In this document: positions 12,116-23,289 of the stretch, one piece after another
How positions within the stretch are numbered: the stretch's first letter is position 1
How the letters are laid out: each line of letters starts with the position of its first letter
Assembly: GCF_001194135.2 (NCBI RefSeq)
Contig: NC_068996.1
Location: 11,884,511 to 11,930,744 of the forward strand
Source of the DNA: Octopus bimaculoides
Taxonomy: Eukaryota
Direction of reading: 5' to 3'
DNA: 46,234 nucleotides
Program-made: the position numbers and the translations under genes
Notes under the pieces: model-generated
What the model was told of the DNA's origin: nothing
Databases searched by the model: none
The model's input: only the letters and a program-made list of their open reading frames with translations

Positions 12116-12619
12116 GGCCAAACTTACAAAGACTAGATTAGAATGGTCGGTTCCGATCTCAGTTTGCTAGGTTGGATTACCAGAATGTACAGCTAGGTAG
12201 TTGAATGACTGGCCAGTTATTGGAACCAGTCAGTCTGGTAACCGTAGCAAGGAACATTGAAAGAGTTGAAGATAGATATCTTTCCTCTTTACCCATACTC
12301 TCACCAACGTTTACAGGGAGAGAGAAGTGCGGCCCTCCTATAATTTTTTTCGAAGGCGACAGCGAGTGCCAAGTATAGTCCAAGTTAACGGGCCAGTTCT
12401 AAGTATGCTACTAAAGACTGAAACAGGATATTAAGTAAAGAGCACTTGCGCTAATGATCAGGTTAATGATCCTTTAAATTTTAGCTTTTTTATTTCTATT
12501 ATTCTAGTGTTTACAGGCTTTCATCTAATCCCACATCTTACCATATTTTATTAACCTTTATCGTTCTCGATCTGTTTGTAAATACTAAGTGGTTAGTAAA
12601 GAATATACTTTTTCTTCAG

Positions 12620-13757
12620 GTGGCATCACGCGAGTTTCTACAAGGCCGCCTAATGCAGCTCCACGTTTCTAATGTGTGTATAGCATTGTGTCCTTGGTTA
12701 TGTGACATATGGGGTTGGTGCGGGTGACTGGGCACGGTGTGACTAATGATACGCAAACATGCGCTGAGGCTGCGCCATCTCCAGTGATTCCTTGACGGTG
12801 AGCAGGTGTGGTGACATTTTTCCACATCGTCACATCGATAGAGCTGCTGCCCTGAATCAAGTATAGACTGGTCGCGAGCTTCTGGAGTGTCACCAAACGC
12901 TCACAGCCCACAGCCCATCGAGTAATGCAGTCGGCAGAAGTTCCACCTACCTTGACGTGTTATAGGGCATCAGTGGCAGGCAAGAGTGACGACGTTCTCG
13001 GGAAAATTCTGGACGAGGAGGGAGATAAGTTAGTTAGTCTGTTCTGGACCTTCAGATCATGCCTATGGATAATTTCCAGAAAACTCTGGCCTGACAGTGC
13101 TACAGGAGGGCACTGCCGGTTCGAGATAAATTCTACAAGCACAGAAATGCTGACAGACAGTCCTATCCGAAATGCGCACAGAGAACGAAACCGTTTTGCA
13201 TGCATTCGTCCATTGTCCGGGAATTACTGATTTGTGGAGCTTTGTTGATGTAGCTAACGGCCGAGTCTATCGTGAGGGTCGTGCCGTTGCCTTCTTATAA
13301 CCAGAAAAGGCAGGCACTTTTTCTCTGCTGGGTGGCTATGGTGAAATAGGTAGTGCGATGGACGGGGTTGAAAGGACTGAAGGCAGACTTTCTTCTTCGA
13401 CCAAGTCCTCATTTGAAAAGGAAAGTGAAGGTGGAGAAGAAAGACTTACTCCTCATCGTTTTTGTTGGAAGGTGGGTGAATGTAGTGAGGTTGCCCGGTG
13501 TGAATGAGTCTACTTTGAGCACGCCTCTGTCAACCGAAGGAAATGAAGAGGAGAGCAATGTCTATCTGAAGTGCTCTTGACGATCGGGGTATCCAGTAAG
13601 AGTGGGTTTCTTTGATTGCCCCTGGATGCAGCTCTTCCTTTGGAGAAATTTTACTCATTAATACTTATTAATTGTTATTAATTCTTAATAAGTGCCCTTT
13701 GTGTCGCATCGCCCCTTTTGTTTTGTGTACAGCCATTGTGACCAATAAAGAAAGAAT
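12620..13757 (+). mobile_element. Tx1/L1-clade ORF2 C-terminus (zf-RVT) and 3' UTR
   Basis: RKHALRLRHLQ.FLDGEQVW; LPVRDKFYKH..YPKCAQ..ETVLHAFVHCPGITDLW (~13105-13235); HLKRKVKVEK..RWVNV. The 3' end is agccattgtgaccAATAAAgaaagaa. Confidence 0.8.
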
Positions 13758-14053
13758 AATAATATCGTCATAAGAGTATGAGTGGTACTACATGGTGCAT
13801 GAGCATTTGGTTCAGCCAGCTTCGGACACAGAAGACAAGCAGAGTTCTCCTGTAATCCTGAGTGCTGCAACTGGTGATACGAGAGCTGCTTCTGGAACTG
13901 ACCGTTTTGCTTCTGCTCTCCTCGCTCTCTCCCCCTCTCTCTTTCTCTCTCTACATATATATATATATTTATATATATGTATGTGAGTGTGTCTATATAT
14001 ATATAAAGATCAAATCAAGTGGCAGCATGGGAAGAGAAAAACCTTATAGGTTA

Positions 14054-14560
14054 TAATTACCTCCGCCTTAGCGAAGGTGGAGGTAATGTTGTCAGTTGTG
14101 TTTGCTTGTTTGACCATGGACGAGATATCTCAAGAACCGCTGGATGGATTCGGATGAAACTTTCAGAGATATTTGGCCTGATGACTGGCACGGACTAATT
14201 AGATTGTTGAATCGATCCTGTACCGGACATGTATTCTGGATTTTTTGTTATATTTACTTTACTTTGCATGAAGTATTACGATCTTACGTTGACTTACTAG
14301 CTTTTCTCTGATTATCTCCCTTGAAAGCATGCTCATGGTTTCCATGTAAGTTATGGCGGCGTTGGTGTTTCCAAAGTTTTATTTTCGTTTCTCTATTATT
14401 AATTTTACTCGCGTCTGTATCTTCGTAGAAACTGATGGATAAATAAATCAAACTACATAAACAAACGGCAGTAAAACCATTTAGAAATTAAATAATACTA
14501 ACATATTCAATAACAATAATAAATTTAATTAATCCTCAACAATTTTTAGTTTTATCAATT
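14054..14560 (+). mobile_element. Helentron-associated (HINE/DINE-1/pearl-like) non-autonomous element
   Basis: 5' hairpin ATTACCTCCGCCTT-agcg-AAGGTGGAGGTAAT (14056-14087), then short GTTT/GCTT repeats and ggatggattcggatgaaactttcag, the typical layout of this group. The 3' boundary is uncertain. Confidence 0.6.
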
Positions 14561-14599
14561 CTGAATATATCGCTCCTGTTTAAAACCTCCTGCCTACTT

Positions 14600-14830
14600 G
14601 GCAACTGTATTCTAGCTCTGCCTTGAATGGACTCACGTTTTTGTGCGCATCGATGTCGTTAAACCCCCGTTAACAGCATCGTGTGCAGGTCCTTTCCATT
14701 TTATTTTACGCACGGATAAATTTTTCGCTATAGACCTTCATGGTCGTAAAGACACTATGTTAGTGGATAGATTAAAAAAGGCCTTCACAGAGAAAACTCT
14801 CCCTGTTCCCACTGTAGACAGCACACACAC
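14600..14830 (+). mobile_element. Ty3/Gypsy integrase C-terminal (GPY/F) fragment
   Basis: WTHVFVRIDVVKPPLTASCAGPFHFILRTDKFFAIDLHGRKDTMLVDRLKKAF (ORF 14643-14936) matches VFVR.D.V..PL...Y.GPF.V..R..K.F.I...G....VS.DRLKPA. Confidence 0.8.
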
Positions 14831-14939
14831 AGCATTACAAACATGGCCCACGCATCCACCTTCACATTCCATGATTACCATTGGGATCAGGTACTGGACA
14901 AGGATTCTGGATTATTTTTTCCTGTTTTTTACTTAATTT

Positions 14940-16907
14940 TTTAGAGTGGTCGGGTTCATTTTTAGTATTCTCGTCTGTAAGAGCAGTCGAATTTATTTCA
15001 GATATTCTTCTTTTAAAAATCATCTCCGGCTAACCGTTGAAAGGACATTGGTGTTGTGTCGAGTCTTTTGATTTCCTGTTGTATTTGATGTGTGTTCGCT
15101 TTATGTGGGTCTTGTTATTGTTGAGTTGTTGAGGTCTGGCGCACCTCATTGTTGTTTGACTGAATTGTTGGATTTATTGTTGCCTGAAGTTTTGTTTTTC
15201 TTCCCCATTTATGGGTGAAGTTGTGGATAATATTATGGAAAGTAAACCGGTGCCGGCGGGCAGTTGCGCTGCAGTGACTGAGAGGAGTCTAACCGCGGAT
15301 GTCTTGAGAGTTGGAGAGGTTCNNNNNNNNNNNNNNNNNNNNNNNNNNNNNNNNNNNNNNNNNNNNNNNNNNNNNNNNNNNNNNNNNNNNNNNNNNNNNN
15401 NNNNNNNNNNNNNNNNNNNNNNNNNNNNNNNNNNNNNNNNNNNNNNNNNNNNNNNNNNNNNNNNNNNNNNNNNNNNNNNNNNNNNNNNNNNNNNNNNNNN
15501 NNNNNNNNNNNNNNNNNNNNNNNNNNNNNNNNNNNNNNNNNNNNNNNNNNNNNNNNNNNNNNNNNNNNNNNNNNNNNNNNNNNNNNNNNNNNNNNNNNNN
15601 NNNNNNNNNNNNNNNNNNNNNNNNNNNNNNNNNNNNNNNNNNNNNNNNNNNNNNNNNNNNNNNNNNNNNNNNNNNNNNNNNNNNNNNNNNNNNNNNNNNN
15701 NNNNNNNNNNNNNNNNNNNNNNNNNNNNNNNNNNNNNNNNNNNNNNNNNNNNNNNNNNNNNNNNNNNNNNNNNNNNNNNNNNNNNNNNNNNNNNNNNNNN
15801 NNNNNNNNNNNNNNNNNNNNNNNNNAATTCACATCGGTTTGCCGGACCTCCATGGGATTGCGGAGTTGTTGTTGTTGCCGGATTGGACGAGGCTGAGAGT
15901 TGTGGTGGAGGGGGGGGGGCTCCCGTGTGCTATCAATGTAGAGTAAGGGGACATATGAAAGCTAAGTGTCCCCAGAAGCGCAAAGAAGAGGAGATAGAGA
16001 CGGAACATCAGGAGGAGAAGGATTCAACCGTAGAGGAGCAAAAAAATGGACGAACAGTATACAGTGGTGAAGAGGAAGAAAAGTAACATGGACTCACCAC
16101 CGGGGTGGTGATCGAGGAAAAGAGGGGGAAGTGGAGAGGAGACTCAGAGTGGAAAACAAAGAAAGGTGAACGAGCAGAGAAGGAATAAGGGGTTAACAGA
16201 TGTAAGTGACAAAGTCGAGGAGCGAAGCCAGAGACCGTTACCAGCATCTAGCAAGGAGGAGAAGGTACAGAAGAAGGGAGGATGAAAGGGAGATGATAGC
16301 AACAAAGATTGAGAGACATACAGAGATGGGAATGCCAGCAACAGTAGGGGGGGGGGATGGAAGGCAGAGAGTGACACCAGAAGGGACAAATATAGGAACT
16401 ATGATACAGTGCACAAAAGGCTTGGAGATGGAGAGGAAGATTGCGAAGATGAAAAACGTAATTGGAATTAAATTGGTGCCCATAGAGTGCAATGGAAGTG
16501 TGAAAGCTGTTCTGCTGGAAAGAGAAAGAGGAGAAAGGTTGAAGGAATTGTTTGGAGAAGAGATAGAAGTGACAATGGTACAGTTTCGCTTCGATGAGTT
16601 GCCGCCGGTGGTGGCGTTCGAGGATTTATTGGATTATATGGTGTAAATAGTGACTTTGTGTAATTTTTTTTTAAAGGAAAAAAGGAAAACCAACAGACAC
16701 AAGACAGGATATTGAACTGTAAGTAAAAGTTTATTTAAAAACAGTAAAATGAAATTGCCTGCTTATGGGACGGGGCAAGTAAGACATTCCATCCTCATTT
16801 TTCATTGTATCCATAATTTCATACGATATGTGTTTTTATGTACTCCATTGCATTGTATGTTCTTGTACTGTCCCGTCTCTATAGGAGCCATGTGCTCAAT
16901 AAAAGAA
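14940..16907 (+). mobile_element. ORF1-only L1/Tx1-related element (half-L1-like candidate)
   Basis: A 5' UTR, then ORF from 15211/15233 (ESKPVPAGSCAAVT..), a gap at 15323-15825, RLRVVVEG..PVCYQCRVRGHMKAKC (CCHC), an E/K/G-rich linker, C-terminal ..AFEDLLDYMV* at 16646, and a 3' UTR ending agccatgtgctcAATAAAagaa. No APE or RT follows. Confidence 0.6.
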
Positions 16908-16977
16908 CTTAGGACGTTGGTGTTACTTTGGTTGGGGTTTGCGCTCTTTGACTGCTCGCTATTATTAGAATTATAAA

Positions 16978-17229
16978 TAAGGGTATCTACTAGATACCAC
17001 CATGCCTGAAATAGCAGTCACAATCTGACTCTAAAATCACATCATGTATATTCGATACAGCACAATGTGAAAAGGCGCATAGATAAATAAACTAGTAAAT
17101 GTTGGATAATCCAAATTTTACTAGTTTATTATCTATTTGCTTTTTCACCTTGTACTGTATTGAATACATGATGTGGTTTAGAGTCAGGTTTTGACTGCTA
17201 TTTCAAGCATGGTGGTATCGCTAAGATAC

Positions 17230-17234
<5 letters not shown>
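16978..17234. mobile_element. ~255 bp fold-back element (MITE-like), TA-flanked
   Basis: TAagggtatct..ataccaccatgcctgaaatagcagtca..actagtaaa versus tttactagt..tgactgctatttcaagcatggtggtatc..agataccctTA. The arms pair along almost their whole length around a ~17 nt loop. Confidence 0.85.
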
Positions 17235-17259
<25 letters not shown>

Positions 17260-17265
<6 letters not shown>

Positions 17266-17530
17266 CTGTTTTTTATGTTTTATTTATATTCTTATAAAAT
17301 TAATGTGGGATATAGAATATAGAATATATAATATAAATAGTAAAATGAAATGAAGTATTGAATGTCTTATTGAATATATGAAATATTGAGTATTAAATAT
17401 AGAGTATTAAATATATAAAGGCTAGTATATACTTTCATGCCTATTGGCATTCATCAAGGTCCCGTCTGACAGATGTACTGTAGCAGACTGGCTGTTCTTT
17501 TGTCTTTTATACCTATTCCTATATCCAAAT
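17260..17530 (-). mobile_element. Inverted pseudo-LTR at the 5' end of a Penelope-like element
   Basis: It directly abuts the RT fragment in the opposite orientation and contains a hammerhead motif. Inverted 5' pLTRs are an established PLE feature. Confidence 0.6.
17417..17465 (-). ncRNA. Type I hammerhead ribozyme motif (minimal PLE type)
   Basis: Minus strand: gggacc-TTGATGA-ATGCC-aata-GGCAT-GAAA-GTATATAC-TA-gccttt. It has a 5-bp stem II, an intact GAAA, a palindromic stem III and a CUA cleavage triplet. It deviates at C3 (U, or a 1-nt insertion) and stem I is imperfect. Confidence 0.7.
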
Positions 17531-18125
17531 TTAAAGCACGGCTATGGGAACGAGGTTTGCTCCCGTTTATGCGAATTCGGTGATGGGTTACTTAGAACAA
17601 AATCTCTACCAGGAAATAGAAGAGAGATACAACACTGAATTTAGGAAGTATATTGAAAAAGCATGGAAGAGATGCCTCGACGATTGCTTTATAATCTGGA
17701 CAAAATCTCAAAACACTGTGGAAGAATTCAACACCCTCCTGAACAACCTACATCCAGCCATCCAATTTACAAAGGAGATGAGCAGTACCAAATTACCATT
17801 TCTAGATATAATGGTAGTTAAAAAGAACACCGCCATTACCACAGATATATATTATAAACACACAGACACACACCAATACCTGAATTTTAAATCGTGTCAT
17901 CCACCCCATACAAAATGCAACATCCCATACTGCTTAGCGAGAAGAATCTGTACCATTGTAGAGGATCTAAAGACCAGAAATCAGCGCCTGATGGAACTGA
18001 AAGAATTTCTGCTCAAGCAAAAGTACTCGTCACTACTTATAGAAAATGGTATTCAGCGGGCTTCGAAAATACCCATACAACAACTGAGGACACCGCAAAG
18101 AAGAGAAAAACAAGAAAAAATCATA
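17530..18125 (+). mobile_element. Penelope-like element reverse transcriptase (motifs 4-7 and thumb), truncated at both ends
   Basis: TAMGTRFAPVYAN..MGYLE..WKRCLDDCFIIW..LHPAIQFT.E....LPFLDI.V......TDIYYKHTDTHQYLNFKSCHPPHTKCNIPY (ORF 17544-18197). The YxDD motif is degraded to CLDD. Confidence 0.92.
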
Positions 18126-18394
18126 CGTCGTCGTCGTGGTAGTGCTGCTGCTGCTGGTAGTGTTGGTGTTCGTGGTGGCGATCGTGGTGGTAGTTGACGT
18201 CATCGTGGTAGTGGTGGTGAGGATGACGGTAGGTAAAGGAGGTGTTAGGGGTGGTGGTGCTGGTGTTCAAGTAAGCGACTGATTAAGTCAACCAACCAAG
18301 CATGTTTCTTGTTTTCTAAAGTGTCATTCATCAAAACTGTCAGCCTCCACTTACACTCATGATTTTTTAGAGAAGATTTTGGCGCTAAAATAAG

Positions 18395-18555
18395 CTTTCT
18401 GATTAAAGAAATTGCTTATAAACTGCCGTGACCCCAGACTGGACTCCGCTACACGGTACTTTGGGCAAGTACCTTCCACTTTAGCCTCCAATTAACCAAT
18501 ACCATGTGAATGAAATTTGGTATATGGAGACTGTGCGGAACTTCATCGCATGTGT
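18395..18555 (+). mobile_element. SINE family B (CORE-like), degenerate
   Basis: ggtactttgggcaagtaccttccactttagcctc..ccaataccatgtgaatgaaatttggta..ggagactgtgcggaac aligns with 8960-9060. Confidence 0.65.
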
Positions 18556-18639
18556 ATGCACGTGTATATATGTGTATGTTTTTTTTGTGTGTATGTGTAT
18601 GTATGTGTGTATTTTGACATTTAGTTCCCTAGCATCGAC

Positions 18640-19300
18640 CTAAACGTGTGTTGCATTGATGAATATTTCGACCCCACCTTCGTCACCTGCAAACAACTTA
18701 ATTTCCTCTTCCTCTTTTACTTTTAATTCACATCTCCTTAGAATTCCCTTCCTCTATTCCTGATACCACAGTTAACTTTCTCAACATCTCTGTTATCTTC
18801 CACCACACTAACTACATCCATTTTGTTAAAAACTGACCGATTCTCACGACTATTTTGACTCGTCCTCCTTCTAACTCTGGCCAAACACTCCATTCCCTTC
18901 TCTTAATTCCTCCAACCCCATCTCCTCCGAAGCTCCCGAACATGATTTTCAGACAAAGTCTCAATACATAATTAAACACTTCAGTTTATGCGGCTGCATT
19001 TCATCTAATCTCACGCCGCTCCAACAAGCACCGTGCAGTCACTGCACCTTCGCCTCCCACCGCTATGTCCACACTACTGAAAACTGCCTTCTTTTCACTA
19101 TCAACGACTAACCTCCCGACTATTTCTGCAGAACACTGTTTTATATATATTCCAAACTCATCGATCCTATGCTATCAATTCCTACATCTTCGCCTATCCA
19201 CCTCTCCTGTCTTTTAAATATATCTATTCAACAAGATTAACTCTTGTTCATTTCTTTCTCTACACCTGCACCCAGCATGGATCGATTCCTTTCTTGATGT
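18640..19300 (+). mobile_element. Heavily decayed Penelope-like RT/thumb fragment (probably the family of 34500-36245)
   Basis: C.IDEYF..EF.SSIPDTTVNFLNISV..TDSHDY..HSIPFS..DFQTKS..PPLLSFK..LVH.. across frameshifts, collinear with the 35461-36245 translation. Confidence 0.7.
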
Positions 19301-19743
19301 TATCCGGGTAAATTTACGTCATGAAAATAGAAACAAAGAAGAAAATACTTTGTGAAATTCGCCATAAGAAAACTGAAAGCGTTTACATTTTTATCTGAAT
19401 AAGCTACCGGTTGCAATCATTTTAAAAAGGTTATTTAGTCATTATAAAGGGGAAAATAAATTGAAAAAATTGAAATTAAGTTAATGAATTCTACATGTTT
19501 CTCTTAAACAGAAATGATACTGATGTTGCCAAACTACAATCAAAAGGAAACAAAAAAAAAATGTAACTCTTTTAAAGAAAACATGTGAACATTTAATTTA
19601 ATCTATTTCAATTTATCTTCTCCTTTATTTCAATATGACTGCATAAAAAATGTAACACTTTCTAACCGTTTTCCATGACAATATTCTCAGAGTATTTAGA
19701 ACATTTTTTTCTTTTAAATGTTTTCTTAATACGCACGCACACG

Positions 19744-19787
<44 letters not shown>

Positions 19788-20255
19788 TTACTGTGTCGTT
19801 AAAGACAGAATTAACAAAAAGAAAGTATTCTATCCAGTGTGAGATAAATATCATTTAGTATACACAATTTAAAAAAGAGCTACTAACAGTTTCATGCTGA
19901 AAGGATACAGATTGATTGAATCGAACTAGGATGAATCGGCTCTGAACTGAAGAAGTAAAATTACTTGCTCACTCCATTCTTTTAATTTGTTTTTATATCT
20001 GCCAAATTATTGTATCTCTACATCATGAAACTATTAGTTGCCCGTTTTTAAATTGTGTCCACTCTATCAACATGCCTGACCATTCCTTCATCAAGTCTCC
20101 TCCCTAAACTTTTCCCTCTTCTGATGAAGAGCCACGATTGAAGCGCCGTTTCCACTCCTTTATTTTTTTGCATCTAAACCTTTCGCTTAGCGTCAATCTA
20201 ATATATTCACTGTGTACGTCTAATTGGCTTTTGATCTGTTTTTCGTCTTTTTTAT

Positions 20256-20356
<101 letters not shown>

Positions 20357-20861
20357 ATATAAGATATAATATATATATAAATGAAATACAATATAATACA
20401 TATATAAAATAAAAAATATATATGTATATGTGTGTATGTATGTGCGTGTGTATGTATGTATATATGTATGCATATATAAATATATGAATATATAAACATA
20501 TGTATATAAAGGCTCCATATTGTATGACAAACATTCAAAATGGCTGTTTTTCTCTTCACCACAAATCAAAACATTTATTAAAACATTTTGAATTTCACTC
20601 CTAATTGCTGAATACAGCACAATTGCGAAAACACAATTGGTACTGTATTAAAAAAAAATTGAAAACTTTATATTTCAGTTAATTAAATGTGAATAAAATA
20701 AAATAAATTATCATTTTTGTTATCATAACTAAAAGAAGCGTTAATAGGGTTTTAAATTAGTGGTGAAACGAAATGAAAATTGTTGTATTCGTAACTATCT
20801 TACTGTATGATTTAAACAGTTCAAACGACATAAAACCTCATTTGTAGTGATAGCTTGAATA

Positions 20862-20919
20862 TAGGTTTAAAATTTTGACAGGAGGCCAACAGTTTCAGGG
20901 AAGGGAGTAAGTTTATTAT
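20862..20919 (-). mobile_element. SINE family A 3' tail fragment running into a gap
   Basis: aaattttgacaggaggccaacagtttcagggaagggagtaagtttattat resembles the tail region at 30735-30775. Confidence 0.4.
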
Positions 20920-21257
20920 NNNNNNNNNNNNNNNNNNNNNNNNNNNNNNNNNNNNNNNNNNNNNNNNNNNNNNNNNNNNNNNNNNNNNNNNNNNNNNNNN
21001 NNNNNNNNNNNNNNNNNNNNNNNNNNNNNNNNNNNNNNNNNNNNNNNNNNNNNNNNNNNNNNNNNNNNNNNNNNNNNNNNNNNNNNNNNNNNNNNNNNNN
21101 NNNNNNNNNNNNNNNNNNNNNNNNNNNNNNNNNNNNNNNNNNNNNNNNNNNNNNNNNNNNNNNNNNNNNNNNNNNNNNNNNNNNNNNNNNNNNNNNNNNN
21201 NNNNNNNNNNNNNNNNNNNNNNNNNNNNNNNNNNNNNNNNNNNNNNNNNNNNNNNNN

Positions 21258-21770
21258 TGATAACGACAACGACAACGATGATTATGATGATAGAGTGACA
21301 ACGTTGAGGGGTAGAGGAGGAGGAGGAGGAGGAGGAAGACGAGGAGGAGGACGAGGCGGAGGAAGACGAGGACGAGGACGAGGGGGACGACGAGGGGGAG
21401 ACGAGGAGGAGGACGAGGACGACGAGGCGGAGGACGAGGAGGACGACGAGGAGGAGGACGAGGGGGACGACGAGGAGGAAGACGAGGAGGAGGACGAGGA
21501 GGAGGACGAGGCGGAGGACGAGGAGGAGAAGAGACAAGCTACGACAATGGCGACAAGTATGATCATCATGATGACGTTGACAATGACGTTCACAACGACG
21601 GCGACGACGTTGGTGACGATCAGGAGGACAACAACGAGGACGAGGAAAGAGGACGAGGAAGTGGACGAGGAGGTGAAGAAAGCGGAGGAGAAGGTGAAGT
21701 AGGCGAAGCAGGTTGAAGCGGAGAAGGAAGCGAAAGAAGAAGAGAGAGGAGGGAGGGAAGAGGAGAAAGA
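21258..21770. repeat. GAG/GAC/GAA-rich low-complexity tract
   Basis: Imperfect trinucleotide repeats (gaggaggacgac...). They generate the Gly/Arg- and Asp/Glu-rich ORFs. Confidence 0.85.
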
Positions 21771-22136
21771 TTTATCTAAATGCTGCATTGTTGTGTTTAA
21801 TTAAGATGATGGCTTTATATTTTATTACCGCTGTTGCTGTCGCTGCTTCACTTGTTGAAGCATTTTCTTTTCGTTTTTCGCTTTCTTTGTTCCTTTGTTG
21901 TTGTTGTTGTTGTTGTTGTTAGATTTGTTGCTTTTGCGTATGTGCGTATGTATGTGTGTGTGAGTGTTAGTGTGCGTGTGCGTGTGTGCGTATGTGTGTG
22001 CGTATGTGTGTGCGCGTGTATGTGTGTGCGTGCGTGCATGTACGTGCGTGTATGTATGTATGCATGTGCGTGTATGTGCGTGTATGTGTATGTGTGTGTG
22101 TATGTGTATGCGTATGTATGTATGTCTGCGTGTGTG

Positions 22137-22370
22137 TTATTTCTTTACTACCCACAAGGGGCTACACACATAAGGGACAAACAAGGACAGACAAACGGAT
22201 TAAGTCGATTATATCGACCCCAGTGCGTAACTTGTACTTATTTAATCGACCCCGAAAGGATGAAAGGCAAAGTCGACCTCGGCGGAATTTGAACTCAGAA
22301 CGTAACGGCAGACGAAATACCGCCAAGTATTTCGCCCGGCGTGCTAACGTTTCTGCCAGCTCGCCGCCTT
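22137..22370 (-). mobile_element. SINE family A, full length, with the alternative tail ending gtagtaaagaaataa
   Basis: Minus strand: aaggcggcgagctggcagaaacgttagcacgccgggcgaaat..GTTCAAATTCCgccgaggtcgactttgcctttcatcctttcggggtcgattaaataagtac..ccgtttgtctgtccttgtttgtccc..agccccttgtgggtagtaaagaaataa. Confidence 0.95.
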
Positions 22371-22682
22371 GTGTGTGTGTGTATGGATGTCCATGCATAT
22401 GTGTGTGCGTGCGCGTGATTGTGTGTGCGTGATTGTGTGTGTGTTTGTGTGTGTATATGTATGTGCGTGTATGTTTGTTTGTACGTTTGTGTGTGTTTTC
22501 TGTTCATTTTTTTCTTCTTTTACTCATTGATACAAAACATAGATGTTTATCTTAAATTCCTCTATTTTCTACGTCACCAAGTCTGTCACAATCATTAATC
22601 AAAATGAAGGTTTCATTTTTTTATTCCTCTTTATTTGTATATTCTTTTCGTCTTCCCTTCATTATTCTGCAATATATATTTG

Positions 22683-22752
<70 letters not shown>

Positions 22753-23006
22753 AAATATAAGGAACGACAAGTTCTGCCACCCCAATCCAATTTATTGCTG
22801 CAAAATTTCAATAAAATGTTGCTTTTCCATTAAAATTTAATAACTTCTGATATTTCTTTCTCTTTCATAGATTCTTGTTTGTTTTTTTGTGCGTGTGTGC
22901 ATGTGTGTGTATGTGCGTTTTTAAGAATTCGGAGCAGGAGACGATATATGTTGATATACGGGTGTGTGGTCTTGTGCGTATCTGACTGTGCATGTATGTA
23001 TATGTG

Positions 23007-23037
<31 letters not shown>

Positions 23038-23289
23038 CTGTCTGTGAATGAGTGTGATTTAATAGACATGTGCCTGTAAATGTTCATGTGACGGGACGTA
23101 GTATATGGATGCCTGTATGAAACACGTACGTACACACACACACACACATACATATATACATATATATATACCTATATATTATATATTATATATAGGTGTA
23201 TATATATATATATATGTATATATATATACTCAAATATATACATATATAAATTTAATAATATATAAATATATGCATATATCCATACATAT

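Noticed and set aside
21295-21702. Gly/Arg-rich plus acidic ORF resembling nucleolin or GAR proteins
   Set aside because: It starts at GTG next to a gap, consists of GAG/GAC/GGA trinucleotide repeats, and has no folded domain or splice signals.
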